From NCBI GenBank assembly GCA_965226165.1, contig CBDDCI010000002.1, forward strand, positions 656 through 64,655: 64,000 nucleotides of DNA, in the 5' to 3' direction. Source of the stretch: Mycoplasmatales bacterium. Lineage in GTDB: Bacteria; Bacillota_I; Bacilli_A; CBDATW01. Positions 10,211 through 24,677 of this stretch are shown here, piece after piece; position 1 is the first letter of the stretch, and every line of letters begins with the position of its first letter. The notes beneath the pieces are model-generated. The model made no database searches. It saw only the letters and a list, made by a program, of their open reading frames with translations, and was not told the DNA's origin. The translations under genes and the position numbers were made by a program.

Positions 10211-11989
10211 TCCCCTAACGGCATTTCTACAAAAATCATTGCATCCAGTTTTACTTACGCAGTTGAATGTATAAATTAATGTTTTTCAAGTCCATAAAAT
10301 GTAATATATCCTGCATAAGTCTACCCAAAGCCAAATGTAGTACATTCATTGCTAAAATATCTATAGAACTGAACAGTAAAATCTATAAAGAGACAAGTAT
10401 AACAGAAGTAGCTCTAGAGTTTGTGCCAAATAATTGATTGTTGCTTATGTGCTAGCTCCACAGTAGCGGGAAGTTAGCATCGCGTAAAAATGATAGGCCA
10501 CCGCAACATAAACTTTAATTACACGTACATTTTAATTAGAATATAATGGTTTCCAGTTGTAGAGTCGAACCGGTATTTACGTTACGGTAGCCAATCTTTT
10601 GTAATTCTATATTGATATGTTAATGATTTTTTATGTTTTCTGATTTTTGTGTTCAAACAGTCTAATCCAACGCGATAGTACGCTCCAATGAGAGGAAGAC
10701 ACAAATAGGCGGGCTCGAAACTTTTATGTACTTTTATGTATAGCAGACAGTATAACTGTATTGTCCAATAAACTAGAACTATTCATATCACGTGCTATAA
10801 ATTAGTTTATGTTGATTAGTAATTGTTATATCACATGTCAAAGCTCGAATGATAGTCGCAACTCGCAATGTATGATTGGATATTAGGTTTAATTGTACTC
10901 TTACATTATAGTATTATACAATCAGTTTGTACACTTTATATTTCCTTTTGATATTTTAACTTTGCATAAAACGCCTTGATGAAACGATGGGAAAATTCAG
11001 GTGGTGATGTGATCAATGCATATTGTTTAGTTGCCCTTATCAAAATGTTCTTGATTGTTTACAGGGCTAATGTTTTCTCGTAATTTTTAATGAAGTTGCA
11101 ATTGTATTGAATCTCATGGAACCTTTTTTATGTTCGTACATTCAGAATATTCTTACATTGTCTGAGCTATTATTTAGTTCATACTTAAACATTTATTACT
11201 GCAACATTACCCAGGACTTTTCTATCTCGTAATATGTTTTCTTTTTTGTTTCTTTCTTCATCCAGTTACTCTATGACATTAATATTTCAGTTATGAATCT
11301 ATACATTTAGCTTTATTTTCTTTAAGTTGCATTTATGATTTATCTAACTTAGGACATTGATTGTGATGTCAATGTTTATGATAGTACTATTTAAAAGTCT
11401 ATTCTATAACAGTATTGAAATGTCGAAGTATCGTAATAATTCTTTGGATTTACAGAAGAATAGCTTGAAACAGTCGTTTAACTTCAAAAAGCGCGTCGGC
11501 GAGAGCCACGTATTGCTACATAACTTACTCATAGAATTGTTTAAGTGCGGACATAAAATGGCATTTGCCGGGGGGTAGCGGTCATTATTTTTCGCTGAAA
11601 CTTTGCAGCAGTGTTCCCTGATATATAGGGAACCTGTAACTCCACCCGCAAAAAAATACAAAAATTTGAGCAACCCCTACTATACAGTATAGTTCTGAAT
11701 CTATTAGTCACGTGTAAAACTGCGCGCATAGCATTGCATTTTTGGATCGAATAATGCAACGATAACTTTGCGGCCAATTGGAGTAGGATCACATAAAAAG
11801 CATTAAGTTTTTAGTCATTTCATTAGCTTTTTGCTGGCATAAATTTTGTTGCAGTTCAATTTCATTTGTTTTTATACGCGATGGGAAGAAAGGCCTGTCA
11901 TCTTTCTGATGATAAGAGCCCAAGTGACAGAATCTAGGGAATATGGGAATCCCATTCATAGTCAAAATGATGCTCATAGTCAAAATGAT

Positions 11990-12430
11990 GCTCTTAGTCA
12001 AAATGCTTCCTATTGCCATTTTGAAAGTTTAATCTTTAAAATCAAAATTTTAAGATCAAATTTGAATAAATCACCATATTAGCTCCTTGGCCTTATGTAA
12101 GCATATGTGCGCGGTAGCGCGCGCTGACGCGCTCGTAAAAGTGCTGATGTACTACAACTTTTTTGATCGAGATTCCTCAATTTTGCGCGGCCGCACAATA
12201 TTCAGGAATCTTTCCTCAATCTGGAATGAGATTCCTCAATTTCGCGCGGCCACGCAAAATTCAGGAATCTCGATTTAAAAAAGTTGTAGTACATCAGCAC
12301 TTTTACGAGTGCGTCAGCGCGCGCTACCGCGCACATATGCTTACATAAGGCCAAGGAACTAATATGGTGATTTATTTCAATTTGATCTTAAAATTTTGAT
12401 TTTAGGATTAGATTTTCAAAATGGCAATAG
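11990..12430. repeat. Near-perfect ~440 bp palindrome (hairpin/foldback element), centre at ~12210.
   Basis: The left arm (attgccattttgaaagtttaatc...gctccttggccttatgtaagcatatgtgcgcggtagcgcgcgctgacgc...) mirrors the right arm through to ...ttttcaaaatggcaat. Track ORFs inside it are artefacts. Confidence 0.8.
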
Positions 12431-13384
12431 GTAATTTTAGTATAATACATAATTAATATAAATAACTACATTACAAGTCCTCCAAAGCTCCATTCCATAT
12501 AAGATCGGCGGTTCAAAGTGTGATTTATGTCTCTCCGAGAAACTTCACATCATTAAAGCTAAGTTTAGTTTGAAGCTGAAACGTACCTTTGCAAATCTGG
12601 CAACACCTAGGGTATTGGATAAGGTGTTTTCATTGTCACTTCTAACAGGTTCAATGTAAGAGAAATAAATTCTTTCTTCTCTAATCGGTTCACCGGTTTT
12701 TCGTCATTTGCCTCTTCGTAACACTCCCGTAATTGTCTTTTCTGCTTGTGGAGGTAAGTACGGGTCATAATTTAGGATGTCTAGGGCTGTATCTAATGAC
12801 TGCACTTTCCTCTTAAACCTCAATCTTTCAAATATATCGTCTTCATCGGACTGGTACTCGAGATCTAGATCTGTAATGCAAATCTTAAGTATTTACATGC
12901 ATACATATAAACGTATATCCTTTTCCTATTCTATAGTGAAAGTAAGTCATAAACATATCTAACCTATTTCATCATCTGTGTCCAGAATTATTCGCTTGTG
13001 ATGAACTTTTTTTCCATAATCTAAGTAATAACTGTTGAGATACGCGATAAAAATGAACTCAAATACTGGTTCTAAGCAGGTAAGACACCATATGAAAATA
13101 AAGCAATAAAGTGAAGGTGAAGAATTTTAAGTGGTAGTTTACATTATCAATTCAAAACATATCATGAAATACAATTGAAAAAATTTACAATGTAAAAGAA
13201 CAATTTCAAAAACGCCACAGAAAAGGTATGTTTAATTTTTTTATTAAAGGGGTAATTATCAAAAGTTTACAATGACATTTAAAACTAGAAAAATTAAAAC
13301 GGAACTACTAAACCTTGTAAACTTTTGAAGGGTGCAGCACATGGTAAATTGTCGTGACGACCCACAATTACGCTGCACCCCGCA

Positions 13385-15540
<2,156 letters not shown>

Positions 15541-15599
15541 GATTCTAAACAATACTAATAATATTTATCAAATTCTGAATAAAGCGGTAGGTATATCTT

Positions 15600-16860
15600 A
15601 TTCGTTATTTCAACGAATATTATTATTTCCAGCGTAATTGGAGAAAACATATGATTATATGTTCGTAAAATGACAAAAAACTAAAATTCCAAAATTTAAA
15701 TTGAAGTCAATTAAATTCAAAAAATCGATTTGTGACCCAAACAATATATTATATTATTTTGTAGGACTTGGAATTCTGAAAATGCGAAGATGTATTTTGT
15801 TATCACTTCAAGGCATATTTCTCGCGTAATTGCGGAAAATGTTCACAAATAGCCTAAAAAACCGAATTTTCAAAATTAAAATTTGATTCAATCTATGAGT
15901 GAGGTAAAGTAAGAAATAATATCATCTTGCAAGGCATGAGATTCTGAATAAAATGATACATTTTGTTTTTCATTTCAACGCAACGTATTTTATTCGCGTA
16001 TTTACTTTTAGCTAAAATATTCACAAAATGGCAAAAAACGGAATTTTAAAATTTAAAATTAAATTCAAAAACGAAATTTGTGAAACAATGCATTTTTTAT
16101 TAGGCTTGAATTTTTGAATGCAACCGTGAAACTATACTCGCCGTAAAAACAACTATCAGAAAATATAGCCCGCGCACTCTATGATAAATAAGCGCGATTG
16201 CGACTTTTTTTGCGCGGCAGTTGTTTTTGTGAAAAGTATATTTTGGCTTGTCGTTTCAACGCATCGCACATATTTCTCGCGTAATTGGCGAAAATTTTTG
16301 CAACATGGTAAAAAACTAAAATTTTAAAAATGAAATTTATTTTAATTTATGAAACAAAGTGCCAATAATTGCAATATATCATACTGAGTATCAACTTTTA
16401 CGACATGAAAATTTAATTCTGCAACATGGTAAAAAAGTGAAACTTGAAAATTAAATTTATTTTAATTTATGACGCAAAGTGCCCTGCCGACAATTGCAAT
16501 ATATCAACTTTTGCGGCATGAAACTCTAAATTAAATGTCATTTCATTATATGTTTCTCGCGTACTTGGCAAAAATGTTCATAAAGATAAAATGGAGAAAA
16601 ACGGGATTTTAAAAAGTAAAAAGATTTAATTCAATTGAATTCAAAAACGCAATTTGCGAGGCAAGCAATTAAAAATGAAAATTTAATCAAATTAGATTTG
16701 TGAGACTGAAATAGCAAGGTATTATCTTGTAGGGTATGAAATTCTGAATGAAATGGTGTATTTTGTTTGTTACTTCAACGGATATTTCGTGCATAATTGG
16801 CAAAAATATTTACAAAATGGTAAAAAGAATGGAAATGTTAAATTAAAACTAAATTAAATT
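15600..16860. repeat. Degenerate tandem satellite of ~190 bp period.
   Basis: Recurring blocks tttcaacg...atatttctcgcgtaattggcgaaaaatgttcacaaa.ggtaaaaaac.gaattttaaaatttaaa. Confidence 0.6.
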
Positions 16861-17234
16861 CGACAAGTGAACGTTGGAGCTTCCGATTTTCCCAGCCAGG
16901 AGTAGCGAAATTCATTGCTTATGTTGTTTTACCTTTAGTGAAGCTCGATCTAGGAAATAGAATCGTATCGTATATTATATGATAAACTTGGAATTTTTGT
17001 TAAATTCGATTTGTAACTCAATGAAAGACTAATAGATAAGTGAAGACGAGGTAACGTATGAAACAAAATCATATGTGCATGCACCTCTGCAAGATGTCTT
17101 TTTCCAAATTAGTTCAACAAATGTAATATCACAATCGCTAACATTTCATTACCGCGCATTTCAAAATCACAACGATAATGAAGCCCACAGTAATTTTGAA
17201 AGCTTCTCTAATCTATTTTATAGTGTATATTTCT

Positions 17235-17905
17235 CTATTGGTTACTACTAGATAAACTCCTCTAGCGTCCAAAATGTAAAAAAATAACCTGTTTTTCGTG
17301 TGTAACACCGCCCGATGTGGACGGTTTGGGTATATTTAGGACGAAGTTACATAATTGCGGTCGCGCAGGTATTTTTTCAATATCTTTTTAAATACGTTAA
17401 CACAATAGTCAAATGTCATAGGGTTTTTCAAAAACACGAAAAAACACATGGTCGATTTTGAAGTTAGAAATGAAATAAAGTTTAATATATCGAAGCGAGG
17501 GATGTATCCGAAAGATTGTTGCAAAATACAACCGTCGGATGCAAACCACATTCCAACTCATTACATTCATATTATACAATCTTGTCATCATATCATGACC
17601 TCTCGCTTCGCTCGAGGCCATGAATTTGACAATATTGCATGTAATATCATTCCATTCGTTTCCATGTGGTTTGCGTCGACTATTGTTTTTTTACAACTTT
17701 CTCCCGCTACCTCAATCAGAATATTATACAATTTAAAATATAAACAACACAAAATTTAAATTAAATTTAAACGAAATAAAAATATTACCGCATCAATATA
17801 ATATAACTCTTAAATATACCCAAACCGTCCACATCGGGCGGTGTTACACACGAAAAACAGGTTATTTTTTTACGTTTTGGACGCTAGAGGAGTTTTATCT
17901 AGTAG
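17235..17905 (+). mobile_element. MITE-like non-autonomous element with ~100 bp TIRs.
   Basis: CTAGATAAACTCCTCTAGCGTCCAAAATGTAAAAAAATAACCTGTTTTTCGTGTGTAACACCGCCCGATGTGGACGGTTTGGGTATATTTA at 17235-17340 is reverse-complemented at 17810-17905. A partial inverted copy lies at 51230-51720. Confidence 0.7.
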
Positions 17906-17939
17906 TACATGGGGATAGGGCTATTTTAGGATTAATTGT

Positions 17940-18392
17940 TTTTTATGTTATTCATTTGTTATTACTATGTAACGATTATTTGAATGACTCAGATTTTTTA
18001 TCGCTGTTTTTCGAGTTATTTACGGGTTATGAAGCGATAAGTGTGATTATTTGTCGAAAAAATATGAGCTGTTAAAGTAGGGTTAAGAAATTATGATGAA
18101 ATTTAAATTAGTATGAAATGAGTATGAAATTATATGAAAATAGTGTTGAGTTGTTATTACCATGTAACGATTATTTGAATGACTCGAATTTTTTATCGCT
18201 GTTTTTCGAGTTATTTACGGGTTATGAAGGGATAATTGTGATTATTTGTCGAAAATACGAGCTGTTAAAGTAGGGTTAAGTAGTTATAACAAAATTTTAA
18301 CTTGTTAGAAAATTAGTATGAAATGAGTATGAAATTATATGAAATTAGTCTGAAATTATATGAAATGAGTATGAAATTATATGAAATTAGTA
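17940..18392 (+). repeat. Satellite S, made of ~180 bp units plus ATGAAAT(T/G)AGTATGAAATTATATGAAA microrepeats. It forms the left flank of copy 2.
   Basis: Unit gttgttattaccatgtaacgattatttgaatgactcagattttttatcgctgtttttcgagttatttacgggttatgaagcgataa.tgtgattatttgtcgaaaa...gctgttaaagtagggttaag, present twice here. Confidence 0.75.
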
Positions 18393-19160
18393 GTATACAT
18401 TCCTCCGAATTCTCTCAAAATGAAAAATAGGAAGAACAAATTTGCCAGTTTCTCGGGGAGATCCGTTTAAATATGTTGATATCTTGTACTCGAGCATTTC
18501 AGGGGTCGTTTTTTGGGTCGTACAGACAAAAACTGAAAATATGACAAAATCTTGCAATATTTAAAGCTCCAATTTTCAACATTGATAATAAATAATAATC
18601 AAATATTGTTTTTAAGATGAAAATGATATAGAAAAAAAAAATATCTTCAAATATTCTTTAGTAATAAAAAAACATATTCTAAACCAATTTTAAAAAACCT
18701 CTCGAGATAAATGCTTTTAAAATGGGGAATTTACAAGATTCAATGCGCGTCTCCATTTCATTCCGTTCGCTTCGCTCACTTCATTCCATTTCGACGTGCA
18801 TTGAACTTTTTTTCTTAAAAATTAACCAGACTCCGCTAATTAATTTTCTTGATTAAGCTCACTAAAAATCCCCAATATACTCGAATATGGATATATATAT
18901 ATTTAAACGGATCTCCCAGAGAAACTGGCAAATTTGTTCTTCCTATTTTTCATTTTGAGAGAATTCGGAGGAATGTATACTACTTGTTCGAATAGATGTT
19001 TATTCATATTTTTGTTAGGTTTGTCAGGGTTTGTCAGTGGCGATGATTTTTTGTTTGTTTCTATATGACTCGGTATTATTTTCGAATTTACTGACGAAAA
19101 TGTAACGAAAAAATACTGAGTCATTAAAAAACAAACTTTGAATGTTGACATTTTTTTCTC
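18392..19160 (+). repeat. Left terminal inverted repeat of copy 2.
   Basis: Reverse complement of 34800-35680 with indels. An ~85 bp terminal block (AGTATACATTCCTCCGAATTCTC...GATCCGTTTAAATAT) is repeated in inverted orientation ~500 bp inward at 18897-18985. Confidence 0.8.
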
Positions 19161-20400
19161 ATTTATATATATGAATTTTTTTCAAATTTTTTAAAATAAT
19201 TTTTTTTTCAAATTTTTATATATGAATTTTTCTATTTTTTTTTAAAAATAATTTTTTTCAAATTTTGAATTTTTCCAATGATAATTTATATAGTCTTAAA
19301 ATAATAAATGGGTTATAGATTGTTAGTCATTTGTTTTTCATTTGATAGATGATTTATATATGAATTTTTTTCTATTTTTTTTTAAATTTTTATATATGAA
19401 TTTTTTCTATTTTTTATATATGAATTTTTTCTATTTTTTTTATATATGAATTTTTTCAATTTTTTTATATATGAATTTTTTCTATTTTTATATATAAATT
19501 TTTTCTATTTTTTTCAAAGTTAGTTAGTTAATGAATTAGTATTCTTTATTTTTTTCATTTAATATCTTATCGGGAACTTTGAAAATAATATTGAGTCATT
19601 AACTAACTAACTTTGAAAAATATATAAAATTTTTTTGAAAAATATAAAATTTTTTGAAAATTATATATAAAATTTTTTTGAAAAATAAAAAAATTATATA
19701 AGATTTTTTTTGAAAATTATATAAAATTTTTTAATATATTTTATTTTGACTCTTAATATAATAACACATCAAAAAAATTTCAATAAATATTTATGCATTT
19801 GTCACATAAAATTCTTGAGTATATGATTATATGGTTGTATATTATGTTATTTTTTTAAAAGTTGGTATTTTTACTGACGAATAATGAAGGTTTAGTTTTA
19901 TATTTTTTCAAAGTTAGTTAGTTAATGACTCAGTATTATTTTCAAAGTTTTCGGCAAAATATTAAATGAAAGATATAAAATAATGTGAAGTCATTAAAAA
20001 ACAAATTTTTGAAATTATATAAAAAATTTTTTTCAAATTTTTTTTGAAAATTATATAAAATTTTTTTAAATTTATACCATCTAATATAGTAACACATAAA
20101 TTTACATATATTATTTATGTATTTTGTGAGTATATTTTTTAATATATATTTATTTAATGGTAATATTATGGTATTTAAAAAATAATTTTATATTTTTTAT
20201 TAAATAATAAATTTTTTTTCAAAATTTCCTTTATGAATAACTACCTTGAAAAGTAGAGTGCAGTGAGATTTGTTAAAAATATTGATAAATATAGTAATTT
20301 AAAAGTTAAAATATTGCAAAAATAGTCATTTAAGAAAATTTTATTTTTTTAAAAAATATTATAAGATTTTTATTTGAAGAAAATTTTATTTTTTTTATTC
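19160..20400. repeat. AT-rich subterminal region of tandem and palindromic repeats between the left TIR and the pPolB 3' end.
   Basis: TATATATGAATTTTTTCTATTTTTT tandem copies. Hairpins built around TGACTCAGTATT / AATACTGAGTCA cores (19060-19160, 19500-19640, 19900-20000). Confidence 0.6.
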
Positions 20401-20403
20401 TAT

Positions 20404-22368
20404 TTACAAAGTATGAGGGATATTAGAGTTTATATCTTTTATATATCTCTTATCATTTAAAAACTCGATATTGTATTTTGTTACTTCTTTAGTAGAAATT
20501 TTTTGTTTTTTTACTGAAATAATATTAAAAGAAATCTTTTCAGGTTTATTATTATTCAATAATGTTTCTTTAAACAAAATATGATCTATATATTGTTTTG
20601 AAAAAGAATCTGAAAGACCTTTTGTATGTAAAATATTATTTTTCATTTTATAATTATTATTTTCTATATGATTTTTACAAATATAACTATTACATTTTGA
20701 AGACAAAAATATACCTTCTTGAATGGGATTATGTAAAATTTCTGGTTCTGGTTCTATTTGACCTATATCACTTCCAAAAAAATCTTTATTATTTTCAAGT
20801 ATTTCTAGATATTTTTCATGAGACATGTTTAATTTGGCGTAAATACTATCTGTATCCATATACAAAACTTTATAATCATTTCCAAATAATTTAGGATATA
20901 TTTTATATAAATAATTATACATATGAACTTTACTATTTTGTAAAATAATACTACCTATTAAAATTGGATAACTATAAACAACCGACGTTTTTTCCATTTC
21001 TAATATAGACAAATTTTTATTAACAATATTTCTAGAATTATAATTTGGTTTTTTAACATATTTATCAACTTGTTCTTCAGTTGTGACAATCTTAAAATTT
21101 TTAAATCTTTCAACTCTCGTCATCATTACTCCAAATAAGGAATTCATTAATATTTTAAAAGTATTACTCATTCCTTTATTTTTTATTGATTTATAATATG
21201 ATTTTTTTTCAAATAAAATGTCTATATAAGGTCTCATAAAATTAGTATGTTTGTATTCTAATATTTTTTTAACATTAATTTTATATCCTAAAGATTTTAA
21301 CATTTCATACATTTCAAATGAAATATAACTATTTTTATCGTATCCTAAATGGCTTATTAATTTTTCAGATGATTTATAATTCTCTTTCAAATTTTTTCTC
21401 TGAAAATCTGATAATTGATTATATAAAATTCGTGATTTACTAATTAATGAGGAAAATTGTGATAATGTTTTATTGTTTAAAACTTTTTTCGTTGTATAAA
21501 TTTCAACATTTAACAAACAACCAAACGATTTTGATTGACCATATCTATCTTTATCAAATTTAGAAACAAATTTGTAATTACTAATTGGAAGTTTCTGAGT
21601 CATAACATAAGGATATAAACTAACAACATCGCATGATGATATAACTGATTTTTCATTATCATTATCTACAATGTTTTGAGAAGCAACGCATAAACCTCCT
21701 AATATGCTTGAATCAGTATAATCAAACATTGTAATATCTTTAAATAATTCTATTTTAACTTTTGTATATTTCAACATTAAATCTAAGGATAGTGAACAAC
21801 TTGTTATATATTTAGAACAATCTATCTCGAATTTATCCCAAATAGTGTTTCTAAATGTATTGAATATATCAGCTTGCAAACATATGTCCAATTTCATATA
21901 AATTTCTAAATAATCTTTAACATTTTTACATTTTAATTTTTTATAAATTTCCAATGTTTTATCATATTCTTCTTTTTTAATATCTCGTAATTTTAAACTG
22001 GAATAAAATTTATCAATTGATGGGAGTTCTTTATCAAAAATATTATCTTTCGTCAACCATTCATAAGGAAAAGCTGTTTTAATTTTAAGTATTTCAAAAT
22101 TATCTGAAAAATGTTTCTTAGTAATAATTTCATATTTATCTAACAGATTTTTAGATAATTCAGATAATGAACCTTTTATAAAATTAGAAATATCTAATAA
22201 TTTAAAACTATATTTCATATTTTTAAATTTAAAATTAACCATTTTGAAAGATTCACATGAATTACCTATAGTGTTTAATGTTATTTCATCTTTATAAATA
22301 TCACATAAAGATTTTAATAAAATTGAATTATCATATTTCATTCCATTAAAGAAATATATAGGAATCAT
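20404..22368 (-). CDS. Protein-primed family B DNA polymerase, C-terminal polymerase portion.
   Basis: Motif A DVVSLYPYVM, motif B KILMNSLFGVMM, motif C YMDTDSIYAKL. The gene is disrupted upstream: a frameshift at ~22350, a TAA at ~23820 and a frameshift at ~24680. Whole gene 20404-24983. Confidence 0.8.
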   Translation of the reverse strand: MIPIYFFNGMKYDNSILLKSLCDIYKDEITLNTIGNSCESFKMVNFKFKNMKYSFKLLDISNFIKGSLSELSKNLLDKYEIITKKHFSDNFEILKIKTAFPYEWLTKDNIFDKELPSIDKFYSSLKLRDIKKEEYDKTLEIYKKLKCKNVKDYLEIYMKLDICLQADIFNTFRNTIWDKFEIDCSKYITSCSLSLDLMLKYTKVKIELFKDITMFDYTDSSILGGLCVASQNIVDNDNEKSVISSCDVVSLYPYVMTQKLPISNYKFVSKFDKDRYGQSKSFGCLLNVEIYTTKKVLNNKTLSQFSSLISKSRILYNQLSDFQRKNLKENYKSSEKLISHLGYDKNSYISFEMYEMLKSLGYKINVKKILEYKHTNFMRPYIDILFEKKSYYKSIKNKGMSNTFKILMNSLFGVMMTRVERFKNFKIVTTEEQVDKYVKKPNYNSRNIVNKNLSILEMEKTSVVYSYPILIGSIILQNSKVHMYNYLYKIYPKLFGNDYKVLYMDTDSIYAKLNMSHEKYLEILENNKDFFGSDIGQIEPEPEILHNPIQEGIFLSSKCNSYICKNHIENNNYKMKNNILHTKGLSDSFSKQYIDHILFKETLLNNNKPEKISFNIISVKKQKISTKEVTKYNIEFLNDKRYIKDINSNIPHTL

Positions 22369-23680
22369 TCTTTATTTGAAGGTTGCATTCTCTACATATA
22401 AATCCTAATATACTATTTTCTTTGAAAGCATGATCATGATGAATGACTTTGATTTTATTTTCAATTATGTTTTCATTCTTTATATTATCTGTTGAAACTC
22501 TTATTCCAAATTCTGGAAAATGATCTTCTATATTTTTAAATGATAATTTCATATTAATTTCAGTTTTTTCTAAAATAATTTTTTCTAAATCATTTATACT
22601 AAAATGTTTGCTTTTATCATCAGAATATATTTTTAAGCCATCATATTCAAGAGTGAATATATTTATTCTTTTAATAACAAAATAGTTTATCATGATTTGT
22701 AATATTTGGTTTTCAATATCTAAAATGATTCTACTTAAGTTCTTTCCCAAGTGATTATAACCCTTTTCAAAATATCGTTTATCTTTTGAATAAAAATATT
22801 TTTGTATTTCTATAATTTCTTTTTCTAATAATTTCAAATAATTATTGATTCTATTATCATCAGAATATTTTTCTTTAAAGCCTCCGTTTAGAATAGTTAA
22901 AAACCTTTCCTTAACAGATTTTCTATTATTACCAAATGAATTTAAAATCAATTCTCTATTTTCAACATAATTCTTTAAAATATTACAACTTATTTCATAT
23001 TTCTGACATAAATTTAGTAATATAACAGGATGAGCATTAATCATATCGATGTCTTTTATATTTTTAGGCATAATAGAATTTCTAATTTCTTTTTTTAGAT
23101 AAGATAAACAACTTCCAACTCCATAATACCTGTTTTTACATTTATGTTTTTGTTTGTATTGAATTCTTTTTCTACCCGAATCATCTAAACTATCGTAATA
23201 ATTTCTTGCTAAATTATTTACTTCTTCATTATAATCATTATTATCTAATATATATTTTAATTTTTCTTTATCTACTATTTCATTTAAAATAATGCATCTA
23301 TCATTATGAGGATGATCAAATTCACAATCACAATATTTACATTTCAAAGTATTATCGAATTCGTTTTGATCAAAATTTAAATAATCAATAGGATTTTGTA
23401 AATATTTTTCTTCAATTTCTTCTATATATTTTAATTCGTTATACAAACTTTCTGTATATTCTTCTAAATAATAAAAAGTTTGAATGTTTTTACTATATTC
23501 ATCATTTTTGCATTCTAATAAATACCCTCCTGATATAAATTTATGTTCTTTAGTATTCGGGTCTATAACACATTCAAAATGGCTATGAATTAACCAATTT
23601 CTTTTAATACAATTTTTTAAATTTTCAAAATACATGTATTTTTTAAAATTAGGTAATAATTTTTTAGGTTTTCTATTCAT
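22346..23680 (-). CDS. Protein-primed family B DNA polymerase, middle portion (exonuclease/TPR region).
   Basis: Collinear with copy 3 fragments 46272-48107 (for example KNIKDIDMINAHPVIL, LEYDGLKIY, HHDH...CRECNLQIKN). It ends at the frameshift where copy 3 reads on into MYFFNGMKYDNSI. Confidence 0.7.
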   Translation of the reverse strand: MNRKPKKLLPNFKKYMYFENLKNCIKRNWLIHSHFECVIDPNTKEHKFISGGYLLECKNDEYSKNIQTFYYLEEYTESLYNELKYIEEIEEKYLQNPIDYLNFDQNEFDNTLKCKYCDCEFDHPHNDRCIILNEIVDKEKLKYILDNNDYNEEVNNLARNYYDSLDDSGRKRIQYKQKHKCKNRYYGVGSCLSYLKKEIRNSIMPKNIKDIDMINAHPVILLNLCQKYEISCNILKNYVENRELILNSFGNNRKSVKERFLTILNGGFKEKYSDDNRINNYLKLLEKEIIEIQKYFYSKDKRYFEKGYNHLGKNLSRIILDIENQILQIMINYFVIKRINIFTLEYDGLKIYSDDKSKHFSINDLEKIILEKTEINMKLSFKNIEDHFPEFGIRVSTDNIKNENIIENKIKVIHHDHAFKENSILGFICRECNLQIKNDSYIFL

Positions 23681-23821
23681 ACAATATTCAATATGAAAGT
23701 TATATTTTTCTTTACTATAAAAACTATTTAAGCAATTTCTACATGATTTAACAACATGAGAATTGTTACCAATAAAAATATTTATGTTTTTTATTAAAAT
23801 ATAATGATTTATTTCATCTAT

Positions 23822-24571
23822 TTATAATAAATCTAAATCTTTGTCATATGTTTTTAAAGATTTTCTAATAATTTTTTTACTAGCTAATTTTTTATTACAT
23901 CCGAATATATGAATATTACATTCTAAAAAAATTTCTATTTCATCAATTTCACCTATTGAAATGTTTTCAAAATCTGTATTATGTTCATCAATTAATTCTT
24001 TTGAAATTTTTATATCTTTTTTATTAATTCTAGAAATATTTTTTTCAATGGGGTTCAAATGTTTTCTAATGTAGCAATATAACAAGCATTTGTTATCATT
24101 TAAGTTTTTAATAATTACTAAATTTTTCTTTTTGAAAAACACATCAGGAATCTTATCAATTTCTTTTGAATCACCTGCAAAGAATATATTACATTCTGAC
24201 ATTTTTATAAGTAGTCTTGTGTTTTGAATGATTTTCATTTGACTAGCATCATATTCGATATCTCCTTCAGAAATAATGTTAATTTGTTCTTGATCAATAG
24301 GCGTTCCATCAAAAACGTCTCTATCTCTTCCGTATAAATCATCAAAATCAAAACTTTTTAAATGTTTAAAATTCTTTAAATTTAGTTTGTCTATATTATC
24401 AATTTCACTCATATTATTAATATTAAATTTTTCTATCCAAAAATTAGTTAAATCATCTTTTACAGATTGATTATATTTATATATACTTATTTTATATTCT
24501 TTATCCTTTTTTCTATGTTTTAAAATTAATGACTTAACTTTATCTTTAAAATATAAATCTTTATAAAACAC
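23822..24571 (-). CDS. Protein-primed family B DNA polymerase, N-proximal portion.
   Basis: Collinear with copy 3 45463-46901 (VFYKDLYFKD..., NDNKCFLYCYIRK, NIHIFGCNKK). It is separated from the next part by a single in-frame TAA. Confidence 0.6.
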   Translation of the reverse strand: MFYKDLYFKDKVKSLILKHRKKDKEYKISIYKYNQSVKDDLTNFWIEKFNINNMSEIDNIDKLNLKNFKHLKSFDFDDLYGRDRDVFDGTPIDQEQINIISEGDIEYDASQMKIIQNTRLLIKMSECNIFFAGDSKEIDKIPDVFFKKKNLVIIKNLNDNKCLLYCYIRKHLNPIEKNISRINKKDIKISKELIDEHNTDFENISIGEIDEIEIFLECNIHIFGCNKKLASKKIIRKSLKTYDKDLDLL

Positions 24572-24677
24572 ATCCTTATCAATTATATGAAAATCAATGA
24601 TTATATCAATAAATTTCTTTTTAATAGAAGTTCTTTTTTTTATTGTAAAATTTTTATCAAAATTATCAATATGTTGT

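Noticed and set aside
11357-12348. Several 60-90 aa ORFs on both strands at 11357-12348.
   Set aside because: They lie within or next to the 440-bp palindrome, and mirror-image ORFs on both strands are expected. There is no conservation or coding-like composition.
18903-19151. Identical 73-82 aa ORFs at 18903-19151 (-) and 34844-35065 (+).
   Set aside because: The identity is a by-product of the terminal inverted repeat. The sequence is non-compositional for these elements' proteins and is not conserved in copies 1 or 3, so it is more likely TIR sequence than a gene.
20598-20894. 98-aa plus-strand ORF inside the copy 2 polymerase gene.
   Set aside because: It is antisense to a pPolB segment with clear motif conservation, and is low-complexity and Tyr/Leu-rich as expected from AT-rich antisense.
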